A stretch of DNA of 44,431 nt, from assembly GCA_049999805.1 (NCBI GenBank), contig JBNGIO010005382.1, positions 44,296 to 88,726 of the forward strand, given 5' to 3'. Positions 33,900 to 44,431 of the stretch are shown here, one piece after another; the first letter of the stretch is position 1, and the number at the start of each line of letters is the position of its first letter. Under the pieces are notes generated by a model. It was not told where the DNA came from. It did not search any database and was given only the letters and a program-made list of their open reading frames with translations. A program made the position numbers and the translations under genes. The stretch is from Folioceros fuciformis. Its lineage: Eukaryota.

Positions 33900-36800
33900 T
33901 CACAAGTCTGCCGAGTGCGCTTGTCTATCTTCGCTGACCCCATTCTTCAACTCGGTTGTTGCCTTTGCGAGAGAACGGTACTGTAATCTCAAACTCTCCG
34001 AGTTGTCCACCATTGTCACTAAGTACCTGAAGGTAATCACAACCAGGATTAGCACAGACATGAACGGCACGCGAAGCCAGAAGGGCCGCCCATTCGAAAA
34101 CAGAAAGCGCCACGTACCAGCCATTTAGACACTTATTTGTCACAACAGCTTCTCGTCCAACATATTTCCCTGCGGTCCTTTTGTTGCCCTGCATATTGTA
34201 CGGTAATGACGAAGTCAGAATCAAGGAGTAAATCCAACCACATATGAATCATACATACACTACAATCAAAGCTAATCACGTCATCAACCGAGAAGCCAAA
34301 TCACCTTTATCATAACCCTTTCATTCACGGCAAAAGGGTACTGAACACCCTTGGGAGGCCGAGGTGTTGCCTCTGGAGAAGAATTTGAGGGTTCTGGAGC
34401 TGGCAGAATGGATAAGTTACTCTGCAACACCAACAGACAAATTCAAGGTTAGACATCTTCCCACTTGCCGCCGTGGTCATTCGAGACATTCTACAAGGGC
34501 TAGCAATTCAGTCCTGAAGTCCAGTAGATCTTCTACTTTAGATGCAACATGTACCCATCAGAGGAACTTCACACATCTCTACCTTGTTCACTCGCTTGGC
34601 TTTAGGTTCACTAATATCTGCAATTTCTTTTTTTCTTTTAACCCCTCTTAGACCAGTTGTAACTTGAGCGTGTCGATTTCTCTCCTCCCGTCTGAAAGCT
34701 CTAGCAGCTGCTTGCAACGCTGTAGCACGAGCAGGCAGACTATGGTTACAAAAATATTAAAATTGACACCCCACTGAAATGAGGTAGGCAGGGTGTACAA
34801 TCTGGTCTCACCATAGTTTGGAACAAGAGAATTCACGTCCACACCAGCTCCACATGAGATACAAACCCTCTGCAAAAACTCTCTCAGCTTAGATTTCCAT
34901 GAGTGAACTTACTCCTTACAGACGTAACTCGGGTATTTCATATTCATGCCACGCCTAATCCATAACACATACACGGGAGGAGGTCTTACACTTTCGTATA
35001 CTCTTTGAAGAGTTGCACCTCCAAATGAATGGCCACAGGGAGCCACCTTAGCATCTTCTAGCAGAGCCCCACTGAAAACCAAGCAAGTGGAAAATCATCG
35101 ACCCCTCTAGCATGCTAATTTTCAAGAGGCACCTTGCAAAGAGGGTACCTGCCTCAACCAAGGCAGCAAAAACAGAAGGGTACTGGGAAAAGAAGCATTA
35201 AATAATTACTTACGTCAGCGGATCAGACAGTACATTTCTCAGCGAAGGTTCTGAGTTGCCTCTGGCTGGCTCCTAAACAACAAAGGCACATTTCAGACTT
35301 GACTTAGAAAAATGGATGCAGAGCTTAGTATCATCCCAATTGACAGCATAAGATGCAGCAAATTCTCATCCCCCTCTACAACATGCATCCATCTCATCGG
35401 AGTCCAAGATTAAAGGCTGCCAATTACCAGAGCTTTGTCTGCACCATTTCCCATCAATGCCTCTGCTGCCTTCAAGCCTTCCATAAACTGACTAACTAAG
35501 ACGGGAGAAAACGTCTCAGACACAGGATGTCCTGCCTCCGCAAGCGAAGTGCAATCAATCATTGCAGAGTCCCGTGGTACCATCCGGAATGTCATAGAAA
35601 TCCTGTAATAATGACCGTAACATAAGCTAGAGGGCTAGGGACAGAAAACAAAGATCACAGCACGGAAACGAACGAAACTGATTAACTTCAAACACTGTTT
35701 GCTTCACAGAAATCACATACAAAGTCTTTTACCAAGCTATTGACCACCGCGTGACGAGGAACACACCTTCCGACAGGACCGGAGGTAGAAGGGTTTGATG
35801 AGGGCACTGGTACGACACGGAAGGCTGAAGACTTTCGAAGGCCAGCAGTCGCTTGATGGAGGGCCCTGCCAACAAGCAGCAGCAGATCACCTGGACCGAG
35901 TCCACTGTCTGCTAAGTACCACCGACCACTAGAATCACACACCTGCAAATTGGAGAGCAGCATATTAGACATCCCCAACCGCATGGCCCCTCTTACGTCT
36001 TACGGAAAGAGGATTCAGTTCTACTGAAAAGAATCTTGACAAGACAAAAGATTATGTCATACGACCGACCATGCGAATCTAGCTCTTACAACCTACAAAG
36101 ATTAAACTTACCTGCAAACCCGCAGAATCGGATGCAATTAACCTTAGCAGCCCTTTCTCCACATCCTGGCCATGAAATGCTTCGCCTCCAACATGGGTCT
36201 TACCAAGGGAAGAAGTGAAATGCGCAGCCGCAGTCAAAACTGAATGGGACACTTCGCCAGGCACCAGCGGGGAGTCATCTAACAGCGGACAGAATGCGCT
36301 GAAGAAGAAGCAAGGCAAAATTTAAGACAAGTATTGCTGTAGCCATCAAGAGCAGCAAGTGAGAAGTAAAAAGTGATGAAGCGCTGTGATGACGTCTTAC
36401 TCGCTTCGAAGTTGAAGATGCCTGGCAATGGCACTCAAACAAGCTCTAGATGCTTTTCCGAGGCATCTAAACGCCTCAGGCATGCAAGGTGGTGGAGGGT
36501 CAGAGCCTTCACCTGCAGAACTTCTGCGCAGGTGCACAACGTTTCAGTCAAAAGGAAAGGCGACTGCCAAACGAGGTCAGGCCACGAAGGTCAGATGCCT
36601 GATAGCAGCAACATGCCCCAACCAAGCATCCAGAGGGTATTGTGGAAACGTACCTCCCAGCTCGATAACAGTAAAAGGATTGAGCCGCAGTCGTCAAGTA
36701 ACCAGAAGATTTACCCTGGTCCGACGCATGCCAGGGATGCGAAGCCTCCACACCCTGCGGCCTGCTTCTAAAATACAACCTGGAGGACTCCAGGGCACAC

Positions 36801-37303
36801 CTCATGAAAGCTGCGTCTTCCCCGCTGAGCTCTATAATGGCTGCATTGTTTTTGGCAAGAGACTGAGAGAGCATCTCCACCGCTCTGGTGTAGCCCGGCG
36901 AAGCCACCCCGTCCTCGGGGATCATGTCCGCGAGCTTCACCCTGCTCGGTATGTCCGACGGACTAGCCAAGATAGCAGGCTGGTGCGGCCCTTGTCCAGA
37001 GAGCACGCCCCCCGCCGCATTAGCAGTCGCATTGTTGTGACCCGGACCCATGAAAGGGGCGGCACGCGGGGTAGAGCCTCCCGCGGCCGCCTGCTGCGAC
37101 GCCACGGGCAGAGCTAGAGAGAGCGAAGAAGCTCCAAGGCCCGGTGACGCCGCCGGCACGGCAGCAGCAGCAGCAGCAGCAACAGCACGCCCCGCCGGCT
37201 GCTGAGTCGCGAAAGGAGGAGCGGCAGCCCCGGTGGCCGGTCTGGTGGATGGGCCCGGAGGCGGAGGAGGCATGGAAGGCATCTGCATGGCCATGGCCGT
37301 CAT
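33900..37303 (-). CDS. 2OG-Fe(II) oxygenase-like fold + U-box/RING-like + PUB62/63-type C-terminal domain protein, 12 exons
   Basis: Exons about 37303-36654, 36523-36401, 36298-36112, 35942-35767, 35602-35427, 35272-35214, 35071-34990, 34869-34812, 34719-34583, 34421-34305, 34187-34118, 34026-33900. Motifs RVKLADMIPEDG, EKGLLRLIASDSAGLQVCD, LSDPLSGALLEDA...CGHSFG...CISC...LVPNYAL, GVQYPF...GNKRT...CLNGWYL...LRLQYRSL. Confidence 0.88.
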
Positions 37304-39421
37304 GCTTGATGGATGTGAAACAGGGTATCCTGTCCCTGACTCAGCTGACTCCTCTCAGGCGTCACTCCGGGGGCAGCAACGCCCGAGTCCGGGTCCAACC
37401 ACCTGCAAAAAAGCGACTACTTCTGGAACAAGCGCGCACGCAACCACTGCTCATCCTGGTCCCCACAGCGCGCGCACGGAATCAAGAATCCTACCCTCGT
37501 CTCCCTCCCGCAGTCCAAGAATTGAGCAAGAAAAGCGCCATGGCTGCAGAGACGCACGCAATTTTACTACGCCACCACCACAGCACAGCACATCACACGA
37601 CACCAAACCAGAGCAGAGCAGAGCAGACTGGACCAGCTGAACCCTATCAGGTAGGAAGACACACACAAACGCGCAGCCCGTCGTGCATCGTGCCGGGCAT
37701 GCCTTCCGATCCCCCTTAGCCGCGCAAGAACCAACCTACAGACCACTCCCTACCCTCCCTCCAAAAATCCCTCCTCGCCGTCCCTCTCCTTCCCTCCACT
37801 TTCCAATTCCCCTACCACCTACTCCAGCAGCTCACTCCTCCACCATTCTCCTCCTCTCACTCCTCCTCCCTCCTAGGCGCCTCCAAGTCACAAATCAGCT
37901 TCACATTCTCCAATGCGTCTTCTTCCTCCTTCAGGCCTACCTTCTCCTCCCAGGCAGCCAAACTCCCTATTTCCGCTCCAATTGCTGCAGACCGATCCCG
38001 CGCGACGTTCTACACGCGATCCAAGGCCTGCTCCACGCAGAACAACAATCCCGTCCCTCCCGCTCCAGCGTGCGAATTATTTTCCTGTCCGCTGCGCTGT
38101 GCTGCGCTTCTCCTTGCCCTCCTCCTTTCAGCGCCTTCTTCCACTCTTGACTGGCTTGCTTGCCAGCTAGCTAGCTGGCCAGCTTGCTTCCCGGCTGCTT
38201 CTGGTCCGCCGCAAAGGTGCCTCCTGCTCCCCGTTCCCCTGCCCGCCTTCCTTTCTCGACCGCGTCTCGCCTGCGACGTGACTCGCGACTCGCGAGGTAG
38301 TCAGAGCGCGGAACCCCGTTCCCTGGCAGCGCAGCGCAGCTCCCGTCGCGCGCAGAAACCCGTTCCGTCCTAGTCCACGGTCTCGGCGGGGGGGGGCTTG
38401 CCGGGCCCCACGGTCGCCTTTATCTCCGCTAGGTTAGGTTTCCTTAAATGTGTTGGTAGGTGATTTAGGCAGGCGCGGTGGAATGAGGTTTACATTTGAG
38501 GCCATGCCATGCCGGTAACTTAGGATGCAGCACATGCGATGCGAATGCGCGGACAGCTGGATGCCATGTAATATGTATGGGAGTGAGCAGGTTCACGTGC
38601 ATCGCATGAGGCAGCCATCATGGTGGGGGCCATATGGACCCATGACACTCACACATGCTTCACGCTGCCCTTCTTTCCTACCTTCTTTCCGTTTCCGTTT
38701 CCGTTCCCCGTTCCCCGTTCCCCGTTTCCACAGCCTCAGCCCACATCACATTATCCCCCTCCTTCATGACATGACCAACCACCCACGCAACGTGTCATGT
38801 ATGTACATATCCACACCCATTCCCGTCACATTCCCATGTCATACATATCTCCTTTTTGGTTCGGTTGGCTTAGATTAGCTTCACCTTCGTCTGCTTTGCT
38901 TTGGGCCGCACGTAACGTAACGTAACGTAACTACTTTTGCTTTGCATTGGGAAGCATGTAGCGTAAAGTAGTTTATGGATGTAAATTGCCGTCAGAATTT
39001 CGTTTCTCGAGACGAAGACTTTATTGTGAACGACAAAATGAAAACCCCTCTACCACTCGACCGAAGGAGGACACGTCCCGTGAAGGGCTGGCCAGCCTGA
39101 CGAAATTAGCAATTGCCCGGGGGCGTGAGATTCTCTGTAAAAAGGCATGAACTTTTAATCTTCTGTGGTCCCTTGCGGGTTAAATCCGTCTCTCTTCCTC
39201 TTCCTCTTCCCTTCCCTTTGTAAAGTTTCGTCCGTGGACGGACCGTGATATGGCGAACCTGGAAACCTGAATGCCACTCCCACACTGTGGGGTTGGAGAG
39301 CGTGGGACGGATTCCTCCGCACGTAGGATGTGCTTGTCACAGAGTGCAAGGTCTGTTTGTCACGCGAAATCGTGATCAGGTGACGGCCGGCTTGCCCACT
39401 GGAACGTGGAGGCGAGACATT

Positions 39422-40498
39422 ATGGATTGCGGTTGCAAACAGGCCGCCCCTGTGCAGGCTATGTGTCCGTCACCACTGGCCGTGGTGCGGCCAGTGTGTC
39501 TTGCCTCTTCCACCTGCGCCTTTTCTGCACCCCGTGTCTACAGGCGAAGAGCTTCTTGCCGGAGTGTGCGTCCGCGGAGTGGCTCACCTTCGGAAGGGGG
39601 GAACAGGCCGCCTCGACGGCCTGGACTCCCTTCAGGACTGAAAGTTTCAGGTCAGACGGCGACGGTGGAGCGGGGGCCGCGGGTATGGCAGACAGTAGGC
39701 TGGCTGGAAACGGCACTTGCAACAGGTTTGATGCTCATAGCTGGTGACGCGCGTGGAGAGGAAGCGGCGGCAGACTCTGGCGGTGCGGGTGAAGATGCGG
39801 GAAGTGTGGTGGAAGCGGGAGGCGGATCGGAGCAGGAGGGAGACTCTGGTAGTGCGGGTGTAGACTCTGGAAATGCGGTGGAAGCGGGAAGCGAGTCCGC
39901 GCAGGATGTGGTTGAGGTCGTTCAAGATGTCGACTCTGGTAGTGCGATTGTAGACTCTGGTAGTGCGATTGTAGACTCTGGTAGTGCGGTGGTAGATTCG
40001 GGAAATGCGGTGGAAGCGGCAAGCGGACCCGCGCAGGATGTGTTTGAGACAGTTCAAGACGTAGGCTCGGATGCTCCACTCGTAGGCGCAGAAAGTACGG
40101 CGGAAGTGGGAAGCGGACCCGCGCAATATACGTTCGAGATCATTCAAGGCGGACAGTCTGGTAGTGGGGCTGTAGACTCTGGAAGTGCGGTGGAAGCGGC
40201 GAGTGGATCCGCACAGGTCATTCAGGACGTTGATACCGGTGACCTGTTTGGCTCTCTAGCAACAAGCACTATTAGCCTCCTGTTCGTCTTGGCTGCCGTT
40301 GGCCTCGTTGTCGTCACAATTGGCGTGGTCTATCTGTCCATCGCGGATTATCGCGAGAAGAAGGATGCCGAAAAGGACAGGGAAAGTAGGTCGCCTGTCA
40401 ATGTGCAAACCGACGACGCAGGTACCTCGGTCACTGGACGAGGCAAAGGATTCGGGAAGAAGCCAGAAAAGGTCTCCAAGGAAAAGACCCGAAAGTAG
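39422..40498 (+). CDS. Predicted thylakoid single-pass membrane protein with an acidic repeat region, 358 aa, single exon
   Basis: Ser/Arg-rich transit-like N-terminus; hydrophobic signal TALATGLMLIAGDARG|EE; VDSGSA repeats; TM helix ISLLFVLAAVGLVVVTIGVVYLSI; basic tail with GKGFG. Confidence 0.72.
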   Translation: MDCGCKQAAPVQAMCPSPLAVVRPVCLASSTCAFSAPRVYRRRASCRSVRPRSGSPSEGGNRPPRRPGLPSGLKVSGQTATVERGPRVWQTVGWLETALATGLMLIAGDARGEEAAADSGGAGEDAGSVVEAGGGSEQEGDSGSAGVDSGNAVEAGSESAQDVVEVVQDVDSGSAIVDSGSAIVDSGSAVVDSGNAVEAASGPAQDVFETVQDVGSDAPLVGAESTAEVGSGPAQYTFEIIQGGQSGSGAVDSGSAVEAASGSAQVIQDVDTGDLFGSLATSTISLLFVLAAVGLVVVTIGVVYLSIADYREKKDAEKDRESRSPVNVQTDDAGTSVTGRGKGFGKKPEKVSKEKTRK

Positions 40499-41068
40499 TC
40501 AGCTTGCACATGTAGACAATTGGGCAGTTTTTCAAGTTCCAACCAGCATCGCAATAATTCCGTGCACAAAATAGCCATGGCTGCCATAAATCCTCATGCC
40601 CTCATAGTACTCCAGTCCTTTGTCCACCATGCCGGCATATTATTCAATGCACACAGACCAATTGAATCCTGCATGCGCAGCAAGAATGGCACCAAGTCCA
40701 GAAGACCTTTCACAAACCGAGACACTATCTGGCTTCGGATCATCTGTACAGGACAGCCACCAGCATGGCACTGAAAAATGACAACCAATCAAGAGGCTCT
40801 GCCTAAGCCTCAATCATTCACCCAGCAAGCGGTTTTAACTAGATTACACTCCCATAGTGACAAATCTACATGCCACCTTCAACGACAGATACCCAACGCA
40901 TGGATTCCTAACTAGCTACTAGTACCTTCTAAGTACCTCAACCATTACCTCCACCTGGATCCACAAGGAAGGAGAAAAAGGAAACAGGCAATCGTGTTCA
41001 TAGTCATCTATCAAGGAGGAGAACCACGTATCAGCCCTCACAAACAGTATGATAGGCACCCTGTTTAG

Positions 41069-44000
41069 TTAAGTGTTTGGCCTGGAAAGGCTTCCAGACA
41101 CCCCTGCAGACTTCAACTTCGCATTCACACTTCGGAAATCGACCAAATCCTCAAAAAGCTTGTCTGTAGGCTTGTCCTGCCCGGCTGGCTGCTGTGTTGG
41201 TGGGCCCTGAACACCAAGACCATCTTGCAAAGACATACTATGGGTCCTGCTTGTGATATCCGCCACCTGTGTGAAAGAGGAAGACCTCTGATAAGGGTCA
41301 GAGTTCAGAGTGGATTGCTGCTGCTGCTGCTGCTGCTGAAAGAACTGCTGCCTTAGGGAATGCTGGCCTGGTGGTGGCGGAATCGGGGAGAGAACATTGT
41401 TAGGAACCAAACTTTTCCCATATAGCAGCGCACGCTGCTGTTGATTCATGGGTTGCTGAGCCTGTTGCTGATTCAATGCCTGCGGGGCTCCGCTCCATGC
41501 TGTTTCACTCGAATATCCACTTGGAGGAGAAAGTGGACTAGACCAAGGCGCTGCATACCCTGCGGAAGGCAGCTGGCCAGTTGCTCCCTGATAGTGTTGA
41601 AGAGTTTGCTGCGCCTGCTGCTGCTGTTGATACTGAGCATATGTATATTTAGGCTGAGGCACTTGACCGACCACTCCTCCATTTGAGTAAGAGTACTGCT
41701 GCTGTGGAGGAGACGACCCGTATACCCCAGCCTGAGGTTGGGGAACAGCCTCAGCCTGAGGGACAGCCTGAAAAGGAGCTGTTGCGAAGGGGTTCACAGA
41801 TTGCTGCTGCCCGCTAGACAGCGGCACCAGAGCAGTGGATGACGGTTGAGAGGAACCTAGCGGAGTGTGCACATAGTTTGGGTTCACCACGGGCTGAGGC
41901 TGTACTGTCTGCGGTTGGGTATCCTGGTAAGCATCCCCACTAAGTAAATCTACCGTCATCTCCCGCTGGCTTGGAGTGGTAGACAATTTCCTTGGTGGAG
42001 GAGGCGGGGGAAGGGCAAGCTGGGGAGATGCCTTGCTTGGTTCAGAAGCCTGGCTCTGTGATCTGAAACGTGAAGGTCTACAACACCAGGGTCACAACCC
42101 ATCAGTCTACACAATCAACAGGACTGGTAAATCTATACCCACAAACACAGGCAATCCAGTGATGGCCAACAGAAAGAACAGGAAAAAACCTGTGTGCAAG
42201 CTGCTGAAAATCATCCTCTGCCTCCTCTTCTTCGTGATCAAACTGTCGTCCATGTGGAGCAGGTGGAGCGGTTGCATTTGAAGAATCCCGAGGTAACGGA
42301 GACCCTGACGCTAGGGCGTCATGCTTAGCAATGACACGCTGGAGATCATCATTTAAAGCTAGGCCCCTACGAAGCAACTCCTCATCTCTGCAGCAAAGCA
42401 TAGAGGCATCCATCTGAGTTCAGGAAGATGCTCGTTCATTTTCGAAGGGAGACCCGATTAACTGGATCGCATTACTCACGATGTGGTGCTGACAAGGTGC
42501 TCCACCCTCCGCTGAGAAACACGACACTGCTCCAGAAGCTCGACAATAACCTCCTCTTTCACGGCCTGCAAAGTAGAACGCATGTACCTGATTAGTGGCT
42601 ACATTCACTCCCCAACACACTGTAACTTCTAGAATAGACTTGCTGACCTCTTTACTTGGAGGCTCTATAGCATTCAACATCTCGCTAAGTAAATCAACCC
42701 CACCCCGAGCTGTTTCGATGTCTGACAAGCTGCAGTCATGAACCATTGTCACCAAGACAGCCATTTGTACCCAGAAAGCCAGAATTTGTAGCCAATGACA
42801 AATATTAGATCATGCCCTTAGCATCTACAACTAAGGATAACCCTACTTCATGGTTGTCTCCGAAGTGGCCTGTCGAGCTGCTTCCACCCTTTGTGAACCG
42901 TATCCTTGAGGATTATACGCAGTTATTGGCTGGGTCTGTGGGGGAGTGAAAATGGGAACAGCTGCTTCTGCTGCTCTCTGTGGGAATTCGATACCAAATC
43001 GCTGTAGGTAACAAAAACCGTGTGCTTTAGTAGACGAACAAGATGCGAAATTTAAAATACAAATACAATGTGGGATTCACTTGCACGCACTCTCAACTCC
43101 TCATACGCCATGTAGTATTGAGGATATCGACCTCCTGGACCGCCAAAAGCTTCCTGCCAGGCATCTACCAAGACCAGGATCTTATCTCTCACTTGCATAT
43201 CCGTCTGCAAAAGAAAAACGCAGTTTAGCACCATGGTGATGCCATCAAAGGGCAAACAAAGCCAAGGCTTCATCACAGTCAAAGCTGAGGACCTAACCTT
43301 TTTCTTCACAATCTTGACCATTTCGTGCAACACATCTCGTTCTGCCACTTGCTGATGTACAACATCGGTGCAGTTTTTTATGAGAGTTTCCAAGACCTGA
43401 CAAATCCAAAGGGGACGAACAACCTCAACGTCTGTCCTAGAAGGTGCACAACGGACGGCTACAGCACACAGGAAAGCAAATATCATGCTCCATGCGAGAC
43501 ACATGCATGTTGCAAACTGCTCGGGGGCCTCAGCCCTCATGTATACGCAGCTCCAGTACTCCACGTTCACTTACAGTCAGAGCAAGCAGTTGCACTTTCG
43601 GGTTCTTGCTCCCCAGGCGTTTCTTCACTGCCTTGATCACGTCTCTTGCTTGCCTGCGGACGCAAACGAAGACAAGATCAACCAGTGCAAAATACCACTG
43701 TTCGAAACAGCTATCTACAGAAGGTCATCAGCAGGCGACAACAAAAACACTCACTCGCTCCAACTTGCATGCCACCTCACATTTCGCTTCGCATTCACAG
43801 GCTACCCGTTCCTCAACTGTGCCAGAGGTAGGAGGGAGACAAGAAGCGCAAGTGACAGGTTTGTACGACTGCCAAAACTCATTCAAGCGCAAGATCCCGT
43901 TCACAGAACTTGCTCTTCGCACGACGGCAACATCGCACCATCCCAAACGCATGCACACAAAAAGATGCCTCAAGGCCTGCTCCACCGGCCACGCACTCAC

Positions 44001-44390
44001 GGCTGCCGACCGCAGCTTAAGGCCCGTACTATTGCACGAATTGCACAACACTGACACTCACACCCACACACGCACAGCACAAGCTCACTCTCAGCTGCAC
44101 CGGAGGCTCCAGCCCTAACACAAGGCAAGCGAACCATCACCACTCCAACAACAAAGCTCGAAACAAACCCTGCCGACACCCAAATTCCCACCCTTCCAAA
44201 CCTCCAAAATTCCCACACCACCACAGCAGCCCCGAATTAACCCCCCGAGGCTCCTAATTCGCCAATCCCGGAACACAGCTTACCCCGGGTCCCCGTTGAT
44301 GATGTCGCAGATGTCGAGGTTCATGGCCCAGTCTGGCCCGATGAGCAGATCGCTAGTAGCCTTATCCACGAGGCCTGCCGCCGCCGCCAT
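41069..44390 (-). CDS. TOL: TOM1-like (TOL) VHS-GAT ubiquitin-cargo adaptor, 9 exons
   Basis: MAAAAGLVDKATSDLLIGPDWAMNLDICDIIN; VLETLIKNC; VRDKILVLVDAWQEAFGGPGGRYPQYY; GAT DEELLRRGLALNDDLQRVIAKHD; DKLFEDLVDF. Exons 44390-44284, 43653-43575, 43396-43298, 43204-43091, 43001-42847, 42729-42648, 42565-42480, 42387-42190, 42077-41069. Confidence 0.95.
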
Positions 44391-44431
44391 GTCGCTCCCG
44401 CTTCCTTCCTGCTCCTGCTCCTGCTCAAGCT

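Noticed and set aside
23023-37303. Co-functional chromatin gene cluster (ADA2 + ATRX-N pair + U-box)
   Set aside because: Adjacency alone is weak evidence in a eukaryotic genome; co-expression or conserved synteny would be needed.

Overview
Gene-dense eukaryotic nuclear DNA from a land plant. Short GT-AG introns (~80-120 nt), GC-rich exons and microsatellite-rich spacers are most consistent with a hornwort or another compact seed-free plant genome (inference). I built spliced models by hand for 14 genes, in order: partial WSD1-type wax synthase/DGAT, plastid SecY (SCY1), intronless gamma-SNAP, GIL1/IRKI-like coiled-coil protein, CREST-motif membrane protein, CDC25/ACR2 rhodanese, an orphan MGC-start disordered protein, RING-WD40 protein, ADA2, two tandem genes encoding only the plant-type ATRX N-terminal region, a 2OG-oxygenase-like/U-box protein, a repeat-rich predicted thylakoid membrane protein, and a TOM1-like VHS-GAT protein. 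There are also two satellite arrays and two 100-N gaps. The most notable signal is the intact tandem pair of helicase-less 'ATRX-N-only' genes next to ADA2, with a readable duplication scar. Family calls come from remembered motifs, not database searches.
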